A stretch of 62,856 bases of DNA, counting the filler. It is 5 parts of 5 records of this genome, joined end to end, with 100 filler letters (N's around TTAATTAATTAA, not from the genome) between each part and the next. Parts side by side here need not be neighbours in the genome. Positions count along the whole stretch, not along the records: positions 26,642 to 39,808 come from SRR2962707_2307; 4 more parts are not named here. One strand, given 5' to 3'. Within the stretch, counting starts at the first letter, position 1. Each line of letters begins with the position of its first letter. The notes below the pieces were generated by a model. It saw only the letters and a list, made by a program, of their open reading frames with translations. It had not been told where the DNA came from and did no database searches. The translations under genes were made by a program, and so were the position numbers. Shown here one piece after another: positions 28,713-38,687 of this stretch.

Positions 28713-30077
28713 ATGGAAGCAGTGATGACATTTGAGCTTTCGGTCGAATTCAAGGACCGTTTCCAGCAAGCCCTCGATGAGCAGGATACCGCCTTCATTA
28801 GATCTACCCTGGAAGGTGTCAACCCTGCTGATATCTCTGCTCTACTGGATGAGTTCGACTCTCAGGAATGTAAGTATGTGTTTGATCTGCTCCCAGTAGA
28901 TGTTGGGGCTAAAATCCTTGAAGATCTTGAAGAAGATGTGCGCGAGGAATTCATAAAAGAATTCTCAGCTAAGGACCTTGCTTCTTTCCTTTCATTGATG
29001 GATTCCGATGACGGCACGGATATTCTGTATGAGATGGGAGTGGCCGACCGAAATGAGGTGATCCGGCAGATTGAAGACGAAGAGAAAGCCTCCAACCTGA
29101 TGGAGCTTCTGGAGTATGATGAAGATGTCGCAGGAGGATTGATGGCAAAAGAGCTGATCAAGGCCAACCTGAACTGGAGTATCTCTCAGTGTATCGATGA
29201 AATCCGACTTCAGGCAGAAAACGTCCAGAAGATCTATTCGGTGTATGTGGTCGATGACAAGGAAAATCTGCTGGGTAAAGTAGGCGTTAAAAACCTGATT
29301 TTGGCCAAAGGAGGAGCGAAGGTGGCGGATATTTATGACAATCAAATTGTCTCCGTGGAAACTTCAACCTCGGAGGAAGAAGTCGCCAGCATCATGCAAA
29401 AATATGACCTTGAAGTAGTGCCTGTAGTTAATGCTCGTGGTAGACTTGTGGGCAGAATTACCATTGATGACGTGATTGATGTGATCAGGGAGATGGCAGA
29501 TGAAGAACGACAGCTGATGACCGGTATGAGCTCTGATGTAGAAGAGGATGATACTGTCTGGAAGATTTCGCGTGCACGATTACCCTGGTTGATCATCGGA
29601 ATGGCTGGAGGACTGGTAGGTGCGCAGTTTTTAGGGTTGTTCAAAGAGGAAATTATCATTGTGCCCGCTCTGGCTTTTTTTATTCCATTGATTACCGCAT
29701 CCGGAGGTAATGTAGGTATTCAATCTTCATCCATTGTCGTGCAAAGTTTGGCGAACCCCAACGTATTTGCCGATAGCATGTGGAAACGTTTGTTAAAAGT
29801 ATTCTTCGTTGCAATTGTCAATGGAGCCATTCTTTCCCTGATGGTTTTTGGAGCAGTGATCTTATTCATGCGTGAACAACCACTGGCGGCTACTGTGGCT
29901 ATTGCACTCTTTTCTGTGGTTCTGTTGGCTTCTTTCATGGGCACCATCACGCCACTTTTGCTCAATCGATTTGGTGTAAATCCGGCTTTGGCTTCCGGTC
30001 CGTTTATTACCACAACGAACGATTTATTGGGTTTGGCTGTCTATTTTTCGATAGCACACCTGTTATATAATCTATGA
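28713..30077 (+). CDS. mgtE: Magnesium transporter MgtE
   Basis: MgtE_N domain plus CBS pair (AGGLM, GRITIDD), RLPWL, GGNVGIQ, PALASGPFITT. Confidence 0.95.
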   Translation: MEAVMTFELSVEFKDRFQQALDEQDTAFIRSTLEGVNPADISALLDEFDSQECKYVFDLLPVDVGAKILEDLEEDVREEFIKEFSAKDLASFLSLMDSDDGTDILYEMGVADRNEVIRQIEDEEKASNLMELLEYDEDVAGGLMAKELIKANLNWSISQCIDEIRLQAENVQKIYSVYVVDDKENLLGKVGVKNLILAKGGAKVADIYDNQIVSVETSTSEEEVASIMQKYDLEVVPVVNARGRLVGRITIDDVIDVIREMADEERQLMTGMSSDVEEDDTVWKISRARLPWLIIGMAGGLVGAQFLGLFKEEIIIVPALAFFIPLITASGGNVGIQSSSIVVQSLANPNVFADSMWKRLLKVFFVAIVNGAILSLMVFGAVILFMREQPLAATVAIALFSVVLLASFMGTITPLLLNRFGVNPALASGPFITTTNDLLGLAVYFSIAHLLYNL

Positions 30078-31015
30078 GTGCCAAAAAACGTATTCTCATT
30101 GCGGACGATATGCATGAATGCATCCTCTCTTTGCTGAAAGAGTATGGGTACGATCCGGTTTATCTACCTATCATAGATCGAGCGGGAATTTTGGAAATTA
30201 TCAGTGATTTTGAGGGACTGATTATTCGAAGCAAGACAGCAGTAGATAAAGAACTCATTGACGCTGGTATCAACTTAAAGCTTGTAGCCCGTGCAGGAGC
30301 AGGGATGGATAAGGTGGATGAGGATTACCTGAATGAAAAAGGAATTAAGGCAATCAACGCGCCGGAAGGAAATCGGGACGCATTAGGGGAGCACGCATTG
30401 GGAATGCTCTTGTCACTCTTGCACCGAATACCTTCATCTCATCAGGAGATAAAGACCTACAAGTGGGATCGAGAAGGAAACCGGGGAATTGAATTGAAAG
30501 GAAAGGTCGTCGGTATTTATGGGGTGGGAAACATGGGAATGTCTTTTGCAAGAAAACTTCGGGGATTTGATTGTGAGATTATCGGGTTTGATAAGTACAA
30601 GGGAGCGTTTGAGGGTGGATTTATTAAGAATGTAGAACTGTATGAATTAATGGAGCGATCAGAAATCCTGAGCTTGCATATTCCACTTTACCCGGAGACC
30701 CGACAGCTTTTTAATGAAGCCTATTTGCGTAAATTCAAGAAGATGAAGGTTCTGTTGAATACAGCCAGAGGCGAGATTCTGAATACCGCGGATCTAATCA
30801 AACTGCTCGAAGACGGCACCCTCTATGCTGCCGGACTGGATGTATTGGAAAATGAGAAGCTGGTCGACTATTCGGTACAGGAAAAAGCACAACTCGACAA
30901 ATTAAATTCTTTTCCGAATGTGCTCATCACCCCACATGTTGGCGGTTGGACGTATGAGTCGTATCAACGGATCAGTGAAGTGATTGCTAAGAAAATCAAA
31001 GAGGTGATGTTATAG
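30074..31015 (+). CDS. D-2-hydroxyacid dehydrogenase (phosphoglycerate dehydrogenase-like)
   Basis: RAGAG, GIYGVGNMG, NTARG, LDVLENE, TPHVGG. Confidence 0.9.
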   Translation: MSAKKRILIADDMHECILSLLKEYGYDPVYLPIIDRAGILEIISDFEGLIIRSKTAVDKELIDAGINLKLVARAGAGMDKVDEDYLNEKGIKAINAPEGNRDALGEHALGMLLSLLHRIPSSHQEIKTYKWDREGNRGIELKGKVVGIYGVGNMGMSFARKLRGFDCEIIGFDKYKGAFEGGFIKNVELYELMERSEILSLHIPLYPETRQLFNEAYLRKFKKMKVLLNTARGEILNTADLIKLLEDGTLYAAGLDVLENEKLVDYSVQEKAQLDKLNSFPNVLITPHVGGWTYESYQRISEVIAKKIKEVML

Positions 31016-31552
31016 TAACCAATTTATTGCTTCCAGCTCCGAATCAAATCCCATCATCCGAAGGGAGGAAAGTGCTTCTTTTAATTCATTGCTGGCAAAA
31101 TGACTAAAGAATCTCCCTTTTGTAGATTTCGGTTTAATGGAAGCAAGCATGTCTAGTTTATTAGTGACATTTCCCTTACCGCTTTTGATGAACACCTTCA
31201 CCCACAACCTGGCTTCTGTATCGAATTCGCTGAGGTTGGATTGATCAATCAGCAACTTTTTATTTCCTTTTTGGATTGCTCTGGCACAATGAACAACTAT
31301 TTGTTTGGCCGCTTTAACACCTACATTTCCTTTCCAAACTATTTTGACTATTCCGTGATTATCGTCGATTTCCAAAGAACTATCTTCCACAGCGTATTCT
31401 TGCTTAAAATTCACTGTTTTTTTAACTGCTTGCTCATTGGCATTGATAGTGATATGGCTTAAAGTATCCCTCTGTCTTCTTATTGGATTGAAGTTGGGGT
31501 TGTGGTTGAAGTAATTATCGAGAAATGATGTCTTCATGGTAAAGGATTTCAC
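31010..31552 (-). CDS. Hypothetical protein, SpoIIAA/STAS-SEC14-like
   Basis: IVWKG, LLIDQS and C-terminal F.SE.EAINWL pattern typical of this family. Confidence 0.6.
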   Translation of the reverse strand: MKSFTMKTSFLDNYFNHNPNFNPIRRQRDTLSHITINANEQAVKKTVNFKQEYAVEDSSLEIDDNHGIVKIVWKGNVGVKAAKQIVVHCARAIQKGNKKLLIDQSNLSEFDTEARLWVKVFIKSGKGNVTNKLDMLASIKPKSTKGRFFSHFASNELKEALSSLRMMGFDSELEAINWLL

Positions 31553-31775
31553 ATCACTAAACTATAAAGCCTTGGACCATGATTTTTAATATTCCGACGT
31601 AGTAAAGTTTCTTCGATGTGAATAGGAGATTTTTTACGATTAATAAATCGGCTTTATTTATTCTTAAATGCAGAGATAGGACTAAGCCAATAACAAATTG
31701 TATTTTAATTGTGGAGATTTTTTAAGGAATGAGCGGAAAAGAGTTTCTTGCTTGACTTTGGGCTAATCAATCATG

Positions 31776-31783
31776 TATATTTG
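31776..31783 (+). promoter_or_regulatory. Bacteroidota sigma-A -7 element for greA
   Basis: TATATTTG fits TAnnTTTG, with TTG/TTTG upstream at 31752-31760. Confidence 0.7.
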
Positions 31784-31810
31784 CAATATCAAAATAAGAA
31801 AACACGGGAA

Positions 31811-31840
31811 AACGGCTTCATTGTGAGGCCGTTATTTTTT
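31811..31840 (+). terminator. Terminator-like hairpin in the greA leader
   Basis: AACGGCTTCA-TTG-TGAGGCCGTT followed by ATTTTTT, between the promoter and the start codon. Confidence 0.65.
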
Positions 31841-31861
31841 GTTTAAAGGGGTAAGACAATT

Positions 31862-32332
31862 ATGGCAGTTAATTACTATACGAAAGAAGGTCTTGACAAG
31901 CTCAAAGCTGAGTTAAACGAATTAAAGACCAAGGGAAGAGCAGATATGGCAAAGCAAATTGCCGAGGCTCGGGACAAGGGAGACTTGAGTGAAAATGCTG
32001 AATATGATGCAGCAAAAGAAGCTCAGGGACTTTTGGAACTGAAGATTTCCAAGCTGGAAAAGGTGGTTGGTGATGCACGTATAATTGATGAGTCATCGAT
32101 TGATACCTCCAAGGTTTCTATCCTTTCTACAGTAAAGATCAAAAACAATAAGAATAAGATGGAGGTGACGTACCAGTTGGTAGCTGAGGAGGAAGCAGAC
32201 CTGAAGAGTGGCAAGATCTCTGTACAGTCACCGATCGGTAAGGGGTTGCTGGGCAAGAAGAAAGGTGAAAAAGCCATTATCAAAGTACCGGCAGGAGATA
32301 TGGAATTTGAAATACTAGACATTACGGTGTAA
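31862..32332 (+). CDS. greA: Transcription elongation factor GreA
   Basis: ARDKGDLSENAEYDAAKE, ISVQSPIGKGLLG. Confidence 0.97.
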   Translation: MAVNYYTKEGLDKLKAELNELKTKGRADMAKQIAEARDKGDLSENAEYDAAKEAQGLLELKISKLEKVVGDARIIDESSIDTSKVSILSTVKIKNNKNKMEVTYQLVAEEEADLKSGKISVQSPIGKGLLGKKKGEKAIIKVPAGDMEFEILDITV

Positions 32333-32733
32333 TGGCGAGTATATTCACGAAGATCATCGAAAGAGAAATTCCTGCTCATATTGTAGCAGAGGACGATAAC
32401 TACCTGGCATTCCTGGACATCAATCCTTTGGTGGATGGACATACCTTGGTTATCCCGAAGAAAGAGGTGGATTACGTGTTTGACCTGGATCATCAAACGC
32501 TGGCCGGATTATTCTCCTTTTCAAAAGGAGTGGCAAAGGCTATAGAGGAGGTTATCCCATGTGAGCGAATTGGTTTGACGGTGATGGGATTGGAAGTACC
32601 ACATGCACACGTTCATTTGATCCCAATGCAAACCATGGATGACATGAACTTTGCCAACATGAAGCTCTCTCCAAGCAAGGAGGAGATGGAAGCCACTGCT
32701 AAAAAGATCAGAGAGGCTTACGAGAAGAAGTAG
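32332..32733 (+). CDS. HIT family nucleotide hydrolase
   Basis: IFTKII, AFLDINP, GHTLVIPK, HAHVH triad. Confidence 0.95.
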   Translation: MASIFTKIIEREIPAHIVAEDDNYLAFLDINPLVDGHTLVIPKKEVDYVFDLDHQTLAGLFSFSKGVAKAIEEVIPCERIGLTVMGLEVPHAHVHLIPMQTMDDMNFANMKLSPSKEEMEATAKKIREAYEKK

Positions 32734-32761
32734 GCTCTAATAGTTGATAGATTAGATATTG

Positions 32762-32785
32762 AACCCACCGCAAGGTGGGTTTTCT
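32762..32785 (+). terminator. Intrinsic terminator after greA-HIT
   Basis: AACCCACC-GCAA-GGTGGGTT followed by a T-rich tail. Confidence 0.85.
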
Positions 32786-32873
32786 GTTTGAAAAGTCGTC
32801 CTTCGACCCCAGGTCGTAGGACGACTACTTTAAGCTGTTAGCTGTTTAGGAGCTAATCACTAACTTACTCACC

Positions 32874-33053
32874 ATGCATGAAGAAATGATCAAGAAAATA
32901 GATGAGGTTCGCACCCTTCTTACCAATCCGGAAGACTTTGATAAAGTAGTTGCCAGGTACGAAGCTGACCCATGCGAGGAAACCCTTCGCCTGGTCATTG
33001 ATCAGATGACTATTGAGATTGCCAAAGGCCGTGTGAAGGGTATGGAGAAATAG
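32874..33053 (+). CDS. Small 59-aa hypothetical protein (not in the ORF track)
   Basis: Manual translation MHEEMIKKIDEVRTLLTNPEDFDKVVARYEADPCEETLRLVIDQMTIEIAKGRVKGMEK*, with amphipathic helical composition. Confidence 0.55.
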   Translation: MHEEMIKKIDEVRTLLTNPEDFDKVVARYEADPCEETLRLVIDQMTIEIAKGRVKGMEK

Positions 33054-33088
33054 AAATAGTTGGATTTGGAATCGACTTAGATTTTTAG

Positions 33089-33195
33089 GGATTTCAAATC
33101 CAGAAACCATGGTTTTTAGATTTCAAATCTGAAAAAGCCGCTAACCCCCCCTTTGAAGGGGGGTGTGTTAGAGTCGTGTAATGGCAGGGGGATGT
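33089..33195. repeat. Cluster of REP-like palindromes
   Basis: GGATTTCAAATCC (33089-33101), AGATTTCAAATCT (33118-33130) and CCCCCCTTTGAAGGGGGG (33146-33163), followed by AGGGGGATGT. Confidence 0.6.
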
Positions 33196-33215
33196 TACAC
33201 ACCTTTTACAGCAGT

Positions 33216-33770
33216 TTACTTCACCCTCCCCGGATTATCTGCTATAAACGACTTCCAGCTTTTCTTGCCAGCGTTTGGGATTCCTGACTTTGAAGAATAG
33301 TGATGACAAATCGCTACAGCCAGTGCATCTGTGGCATCCATTAGTTTAGGAGCCTCATCAAATTTCAGAAGGGTTTGAATCATGTTAGCTACTTGCTCTT
33401 TGCTGGCATTACCGTTTCCGGTGACGGACTGTTTCACACGCTTTGGGGCGTATTCATGAATTGGCATGTCACGATTCAGTGCAGCAGCCATCGCCACACC
33501 CTGTGCGCGTCCCAGCTTCAGCATCGATTGCACGTTCTTTCCAAAGAAAGGAGCTTCCAGTGCCACCTCATCAGGGAGGTATTCTTTTAGGAGCTCAGTG
33601 ACTCGTTCGAAGATCTTTTTTAGTTTGATTTCATGGTTTTTGTATTTGCTTAGGTGGATCACGCCGAATTGAATGACGCTCATTTTCTCACCTTTGCAGT
33701 GGATCAGCCCATATCCCATTACATTCGTACCCGGGTCGATACCTAAAATGATTCGCTCTTTAATCGTCAC
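33216..33770 (-). CDS. ruvC: Holliday junction resolvase RuvC
   Basis: [35 protein letters not shown]. Confidence 0.96.
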   Translation of the reverse strand: MTIKERIILGIDPGTNVMGYGLIHCKGEKMSVIQFGVIHLSKYKNHEIKLKKIFERVTELLKEYLPDEVALEAPFFGKNVQSMLKLGRAQGVAMAAALNRDMPIHEYAPKRVKQSVTGNGNASKEQVANMIQTLLKFDEAPKLMDATDALAVAICHHYSSKSGIPNAGKKSWKSFIADNPGRVK

Positions 33771-33772
33771 AG

Positions 33773-34678
33773 ATGCAAATTAAGAACAACTATTCAAACT
33801 ACCTTCAAAACCCCTGGATCATTGGGTTGATAAAACTATTTGTATTAGCTGGCTGCCTCTTTTTCATCATCACTAAAGTTCAGGATCAATCCATCAATCT
33901 TGATGAACTTCTATGGCCTGCTTCATTCGGGTTTATCATTGGTCTGGTCCTGTTGTTGATGGTTTTTAATTGGTATCTGGAAGCATTGCGATGGAAAGTA
34001 TCTCTGCAGCCCTTCGAGGCAATTACCATAAAAAATGCCTGGCAGGTAATACTTGGGGGGTTAGCACTAAACTGGATACTACCATTCACCTCAGGGGATT
34101 TGCTTGCACGCATCTCTCAACAGCAGGACAAGTATCAAACCACTTCAGCGGCAATGCTGAACAGGGGGATCATGCTGTGCTTTACGCTGCTTCTTGGCCT
34201 TTATGGAATGAGTAAACTGGCGATACAGTATGATGTGAATGGATGGTTCGCTTTACTATTGATATTTAGTTACCCCATCATTCGCTGGCTATTCAAGAAA
34301 TCGCTTGATCAGTTTTTGTCCTACTTCAGGAATATGAACCGAATGACACTACTGAGAATCATCTTGCTTTCGCTCCTTCGCTATGTCGTTTTTGTCTTCC
34401 AGTTTTATTTGCTGTTGTCGGCCTTTTTGTCGGATTTATCAGCTGAGTTACTATTAGCAGGTATCGGTTGGATTTTTCTGATTCGTTCGGTGCTACCCTT
34501 ATTTTTTGGAGGAATGGGAGTGCGTGAAGCTTCTGGAATTTTATTCTTTGAACCTCATGTGTCAGACCTTCAATTGATCATTGTGCCTGTTTTTCTTATC
34601 TGGGTGATAAATACCGTAATGCCTTCTTTAGTCGGATTGATTTTCGTCTTCAAATTTAAGTTTAACATTGCGCAATGA
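33773..34678 (+). CDS. Lysylphosphatidylglycerol synthase TM / flippase-like membrane protein
   Basis: [25 protein letters not shown] motifs with multiple TM helices. Start uncertain. Confidence 0.75.
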   Translation: MQIKNNYSNYLQNPWIIGLIKLFVLAGCLFFIITKVQDQSINLDELLWPASFGFIIGLVLLLMVFNWYLEALRWKVSLQPFEAITIKNAWQVILGGLALNWILPFTSGDLLARISQQQDKYQTTSAAMLNRGIMLCFTLLLGLYGMSKLAIQYDVNGWFALLLIFSYPIIRWLFKKSLDQFLSYFRNMNRMTLLRIILLSLLRYVVFVFQFYLLLSAFLSDLSAELLLAGIGWIFLIRSVLPLFFGGMGVREASGILFFEPHVSDLQLIIVPVFLIWVINTVMPSLVGLIFVFKFKFNIAQ

Positions 34679-35784
34679 TCTATTTGATTGGCGCATTCGC
34701 TGTTCTACATGTGCTATTCTACCTGAGGCTGGCATTCGGGTGGAGAAGGATTCCTGACGTTTACAAAAACGATGGCCTCATTCCTTTTTCTGTAATAATT
34801 CCTGCACGCAATGAAGAGGACAAAATCGGTCAGATTCTTAGGCACCTTGATAAACAGGATTACCCCAAAGAACTTTTCGAAGTAATTGTGGTGGATGACT
34901 TCTCTGATGATGGGACAGTCGATCAGGTTGTTCAGTCCATTGATGCTTTAAGCATACATATTCGACTGGTACAATTGAACGATAAAAGTAAGCAGGGAAA
35001 GAAGCATGCACTTACGGCCGGTGTAAAGGCAGCTGATCATGAGACCATACTGACCACAGATGCTGACTGCTGGTTTGGTGAACAGTGGATTCGATCTTAT
35101 AACGACACGTTTGATGAGACAACCAACATGGTAGCCGGGCCAGTTGCTATTCAGGGAAGGGGTTTGTTTGCCCGTTTACAACAAGTAGAGTTCTCCGGAC
35201 TCATGGGTTTCGGAGCAGTAACAATCACTGAAGAAAACCCCAGTATGTGTAGTGGAGCCAATTTAGGTTTTCGTAAGCGGGCATTTGAAGAGGTAGGGGG
35301 CTATACGGACAATCTATTTACCCCTTCCGGAGATGATGAGTTCCTGCTCTTCAATATTATGAGACGCTTTCCTCATTCCACTAAATTCATGAAGACGCGA
35401 GATGCCATCGTAAGTACAATTGCTCATACCAGCCTGCGCGCATTTATCAATCAACGTACACGATGGACAAGCAAGTGGAAACATAACAAAAACGGAAAAG
35501 TGCGTGTAAGTGCCGTGCTCTTCTTTTTTGATTATTTGTTGTTTTACGTGGCTGGATTAGGTGCTATTTTGGGCTGGTTTGATCCGCTTTTGATTGGTGG
35601 AATTGTGTTTGTAAGATTCATTTCCCTGTTCGCATTTGTTGCTCCTATTAATCGTTTTTTGACTGGGAAAGGCGCTTTGGTTCCTCTTTTGGTCTTTCAA
35701 ATTATTTATCCTTTGCATGTTCTATTCATGGGTATGAATTCTATCTTTGGTTCTTATACCTGGAAAGGAAGAAAATACGGATGA
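34675..35784 (+). CDS. GT2 glycosyltransferase, membrane-associated
   Basis: IIPARNEE, VDDFSDD, TDADC, SGDDEFL, QRTRW, C-terminal WKGR. Confidence 0.92.
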   Translation: MIYLIGAFAVLHVLFYLRLAFGWRRIPDVYKNDGLIPFSVIIPARNEEDKIGQILRHLDKQDYPKELFEVIVVDDFSDDGTVDQVVQSIDALSIHIRLVQLNDKSKQGKKHALTAGVKAADHETILTTDADCWFGEQWIRSYNDTFDETTNMVAGPVAIQGRGLFARLQQVEFSGLMGFGAVTITEENPSMCSGANLGFRKRAFEEVGGYTDNLFTPSGDDEFLLFNIMRRFPHSTKFMKTRDAIVSTIAHTSLRAFINQRTRWTSKWKHNKNGKVRVSAVLFFFDYLLFYVAGLGAILGWFDPLLIGGIVFVRFISLFAFVAPINRFLTGKGALVPLLVFQIIYPLHVLFMGMNSIFGSYTWKGRKYG

Positions 35785-36035
35785 CCGACGAGGAATTTGA
35801 TATTATTGATGAGTTGTACTTCGTTACCGCTTATGAAAAATTGAAAGAGGCTACCGATTTCTCTGATTCTCAACTGAAGAAAAACCTTGTTCAAATGGCA
35901 AAAAAAGGATGGGTAAGAGTGTACAGGTCAGTGGATGAGGAATCGGAATTGGATAAATTGGATATGGACAAAGACTTTCAGACATTCTTTTACCTTGCAT
36001 CCAAAAAGGGACTATTTGAACACAATACTCAATGA
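35781..36035 (+). CDS. Small acidic hypothetical protein, winged-helix-like
   Basis: 84 aa with ATGA overlaps on both sides; L..M.KKGWV and YLASKKG pattern. Confidence 0.65.
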   Translation: MTDEEFDIIDELYFVTAYEKLKEATDFSDSQLKKNLVQMAKKGWVRVYRSVDEESELDKLDMDKDFQTFFYLASKKGLFEHNTQ

Positions 36036-37219
36036 AGGAAACTTCGCTGGACATAAAGGACTTGCAACTGAATGCTCTTTTGGAGGTCACTCAGGCGGTA
36101 AATAACAACCTGCCTGAAGAGGATCTGCTCAAGATCTACAAGTTTACTTTGCTGGCAGACTTAAAGATCAATAAACTGGCACTCTATACCCAGCAAGATA
36201 TCCAGTGGGTTTGCCGGGTAAATTTTGGAACCAGAAATAACCTGATTGGGAGCCAACTGCCGGAAAAATACACCTCGTTGAAAAATCAAATGGGTTTGAC
36301 CGAGACTTCATTTGATGAGTTTGATGCCGTATTTCCGGTTTATCATAAAAACAAACTGCTAGCGGTTGTTTTTATCGAGTCAGATTCAAAATTGGGCGTT
36401 CAAAACCGCTTCCTGAACGCACTGACCAACATCATTCTGGTTGCCATCGAAAACAAGCGGTTGGCTCGTCAGCAAATGGAGCAGGAAGCCTACCGGAGAG
36501 AATTGGAGATCGCAAAGAAGGTTCAGAATTTTCTCTTTCCAAAAGAGCTTCCCAAGATTGAACGTCTACAGATTGAGGCGTTTTACCTACCTCATCATGA
36601 TGTAGGGGGAGATTATTACGATTATATCCAGATCAACGAGAATAAGTTTTTGGCCTGCATTGCAGATGTTTCGGGCAAAGGGGTGCCTGCAGCCTTGCTA
36701 ATGTCAAACTTTCAAGCCTCTCTTCGTGCCCTGGTACGTCAGACGAAAGATCTGAAGGAAATCATTGAAGAGTTGAACCATACGACATTTGTGAGTGGCA
36801 ATGCAGAAAATTTCATCACCTTTTTTGCCGGAATTTACGACTTCAAAACGAAGGAGCTGGAGTATATCAACTGTGGGCATAATGAGATCATCCTAAAAAA
36901 TGGCGACCACATCGAACTATTGAATGATGGCACGACGGTTCTTGGTATGTTCGATCCGCTTCCGTTTATCGAGACAAAGAAGATTTCTAAATTGGATGAG
37001 TTTTTCTTGTTTACGTATACCGATGGATTGACTGAAACCTTCAATGAAAATGATGAAGCTTTTGAGTTTGATCGTTTACTTGAAATCATCAAAAGAGACT
37101 GTCCGGATGATCTTTCTGAATTACATAATCAAATATTGAATGCACTGAAAGAGTTTAAAGGAGAGAAGCCTTTTCATGACGATATCACCATGCTTTCCTG
37201 CCGCATTCAAAACAAATGA
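36032..37219 (+). CDS. PP2C/SpoIIE (RsbU-like) serine phosphatase
   Basis: ELEIAKKVQ, VGGDYYD, IADVSGKG, YTDGLTE, DDIT. Confidence 0.93.
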   Translation: MKETSLDIKDLQLNALLEVTQAVNNNLPEEDLLKIYKFTLLADLKINKLALYTQQDIQWVCRVNFGTRNNLIGSQLPEKYTSLKNQMGLTETSFDEFDAVFPVYHKNKLLAVVFIESDSKLGVQNRFLNALTNIILVAIENKRLARQQMEQEAYRRELEIAKKVQNFLFPKELPKIERLQIEAFYLPHHDVGGDYYDYIQINENKFLACIADVSGKGVPAALLMSNFQASLRALVRQTKDLKEIIEELNHTTFVSGNAENFITFFAGIYDFKTKELEYINCGHNEIILKNGDHIELLNDGTTVLGMFDPLPFIETKKISKLDEFFLFTYTDGLTETFNENDEAFEFDRLLEIIKRDCPDDLSELHNQILNALKEFKGEKPFHDDITMLSCRIQNK

Positions 37220-37833
37220 TTCGATTCTATAAAACACCTTGGTTTACCCGACTGTGGTATCCAGACCTTGTTTGGAGCATTCAATCTCAAAATTCCATCT
37301 ATCTCACATTCGATGATGGACCAACACCGAAAATCACACCATGGGTTTTGGATGAGCTAAAAAAAGTGAATGCAAGTGCTACTTTCTTTTGTATCGGGAA
37401 GAATCTGGAGGCAAACCCGGAGATAGGTAAACGAATCATTGAGGAAGGTCATCAGATTGGGAATCACACGTACAGTCATTTGAATGGATGGAAAACCACC
37501 ACATCAAATTACCTTGAAGATGTAAGACTAGGAGAGGAAGTAATACGTGAACAGGGAGTGGATTGTACGTTATTCAGGCCGCCATACGGTCGAGTTAAAA
37601 GGGGGCAAATCAAAAGATTCGACAAAAGGATCATTATGTGGAGTCATCTCTCATGGGATTTTGACTCCAACCTTAATGTTGAGAAATCTATTTCAAAATT
37701 GAAGTGCGCTAAGCCGGGAAGTATACTTGTCTTTCATGATAGTGAAAGGGCCTTTGAAAACCTGAAATTGATTCTTCCTGAAATTCTTGCGCATTTTCAA
37801 TCAAAAGGCATCAAATTCGAGGCTATATCTTAG
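37216..37833 (+). CDS. NodB-type polysaccharide deacetylase
   Basis: LTFDDGP, GNHTYSH, FRPPYG, VFHD. Confidence 0.93.
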   Translation: MIRFYKTPWFTRLWYPDLVWSIQSQNSIYLTFDDGPTPKITPWVLDELKKVNASATFFCIGKNLEANPEIGKRIIEEGHQIGNHTYSHLNGWKTTTSNYLEDVRLGEEVIREQGVDCTLFRPPYGRVKRGQIKRFDKRIIMWSHLSWDFDSNLNVEKSISKLKCAKPGSILVFHDSERAFENLKLILPEILAHFQSKGIKFEAIS

Positions 37834-37892
37834 AATGGGTTATTGGCTTCTTCTTTTTAGATGAAATACAAATAATTCTCAATAAAAGGCCC

Positions 37893-38687
37893 ATGGCCTC
37901 CATGATGATGATTGATACACATGCGCATATTTATCTGGAGCATTTTGAAGAAGATATCGATGAAGTGATAAACCGTGCACTTGATGCAGGGATAGAGAAA
38001 ATTTTACTTCCCAATATTGATAGCTCATCGATTGAATCAATGCTGGAATTAGAGGAGAGGTATCCTGATGTTTGCTACCCGATGATGGGTCTTCATCCGT
38101 GCTCTGTTAAAGAGGATTTTGAAAAGGAACTCCAGCTTGTTGAGGACTGGTTTGCTAAACGATCTTTTCTGGCCGTAGGGGAGATGGGTACCGATTTATA
38201 CTGGGATAAAACCTTCTGGGAGCAACAAAAAGAAGCTTTTCATTTTCAGTGTGAGCTTGCCCTGAAATATGATCTACCTATCGTTATTCATTGCCGGGAG
38301 ACCATTGATGAGACCATTGATCTTGTGAGTCAATACCAGGGAAAAGGATTGAAAGGTGTTTTCCATTGCTTTACAGGCACTGTGAACCAGGGTAAGCAAA
38401 TAATCGATCAAGGCTTTTATCTTGGACTTGGAGGCGTCAGTACTTTTAAAAACGGAGGCATGGATCAGGTCATCCCTCATTTGGATCGGTCTAAAATTAT
38501 TCTTGAAACAGATAGTCCGTATCTCAGTCCGGTACCACATCGAGGAAAGCGAAACGAGCCGGCCTATGTTTCACTGGTGGCAGATAAAGTGGCGGAATAC
38601 CTAAAAATAACAAAAGAAGAGCTGGATGAATTGACGACAGCTAATGCAAATGATTTATTTTTCCCTGCTCAAAAATCACAGCATTGA
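37893..38687 (+). CDS. tatD: TatD family deoxyribonuclease
   Basis: DTHAH, GLHP, IVIHCR, VFHCF, LETDSPY, GKRNEP. Confidence 0.93.
   Translation: MASMMMIDTHAHIYLEHFEEDIDEVINRALDAGIEKILLPNIDSSSIESMLELEERYPDVCYPMMGLHPCSVKEDFEKELQLVEDWFAKRSFLAVGEMGTDLYWDKTFWEQQKEAFHFQCELALKYDLPIVIHCRETIDETIDLVSQYQGKGLKGVFHCFTGTVNQGKQIIDQGFYLGLGGVSTFKNGGMDQVIPHLDRSKIILETDSPYLSPVPHRGKRNEPAYVSLVADKVAEYLKITKEELDELTTANANDLFFPAQKSQH

Noticed and set aside
32865-33110. 81-aa minus-strand ORF
   Set aside because: Starts inside palindromic repeats; the opposite-strand 59-aa ORF looks more protein-like.
33770-33773. ruvC and the flippase-like gene starting 2 nt apart
   Set aside because: Probably an over-extended start call for the plus-strand gene; not resolvable from sequence alone.
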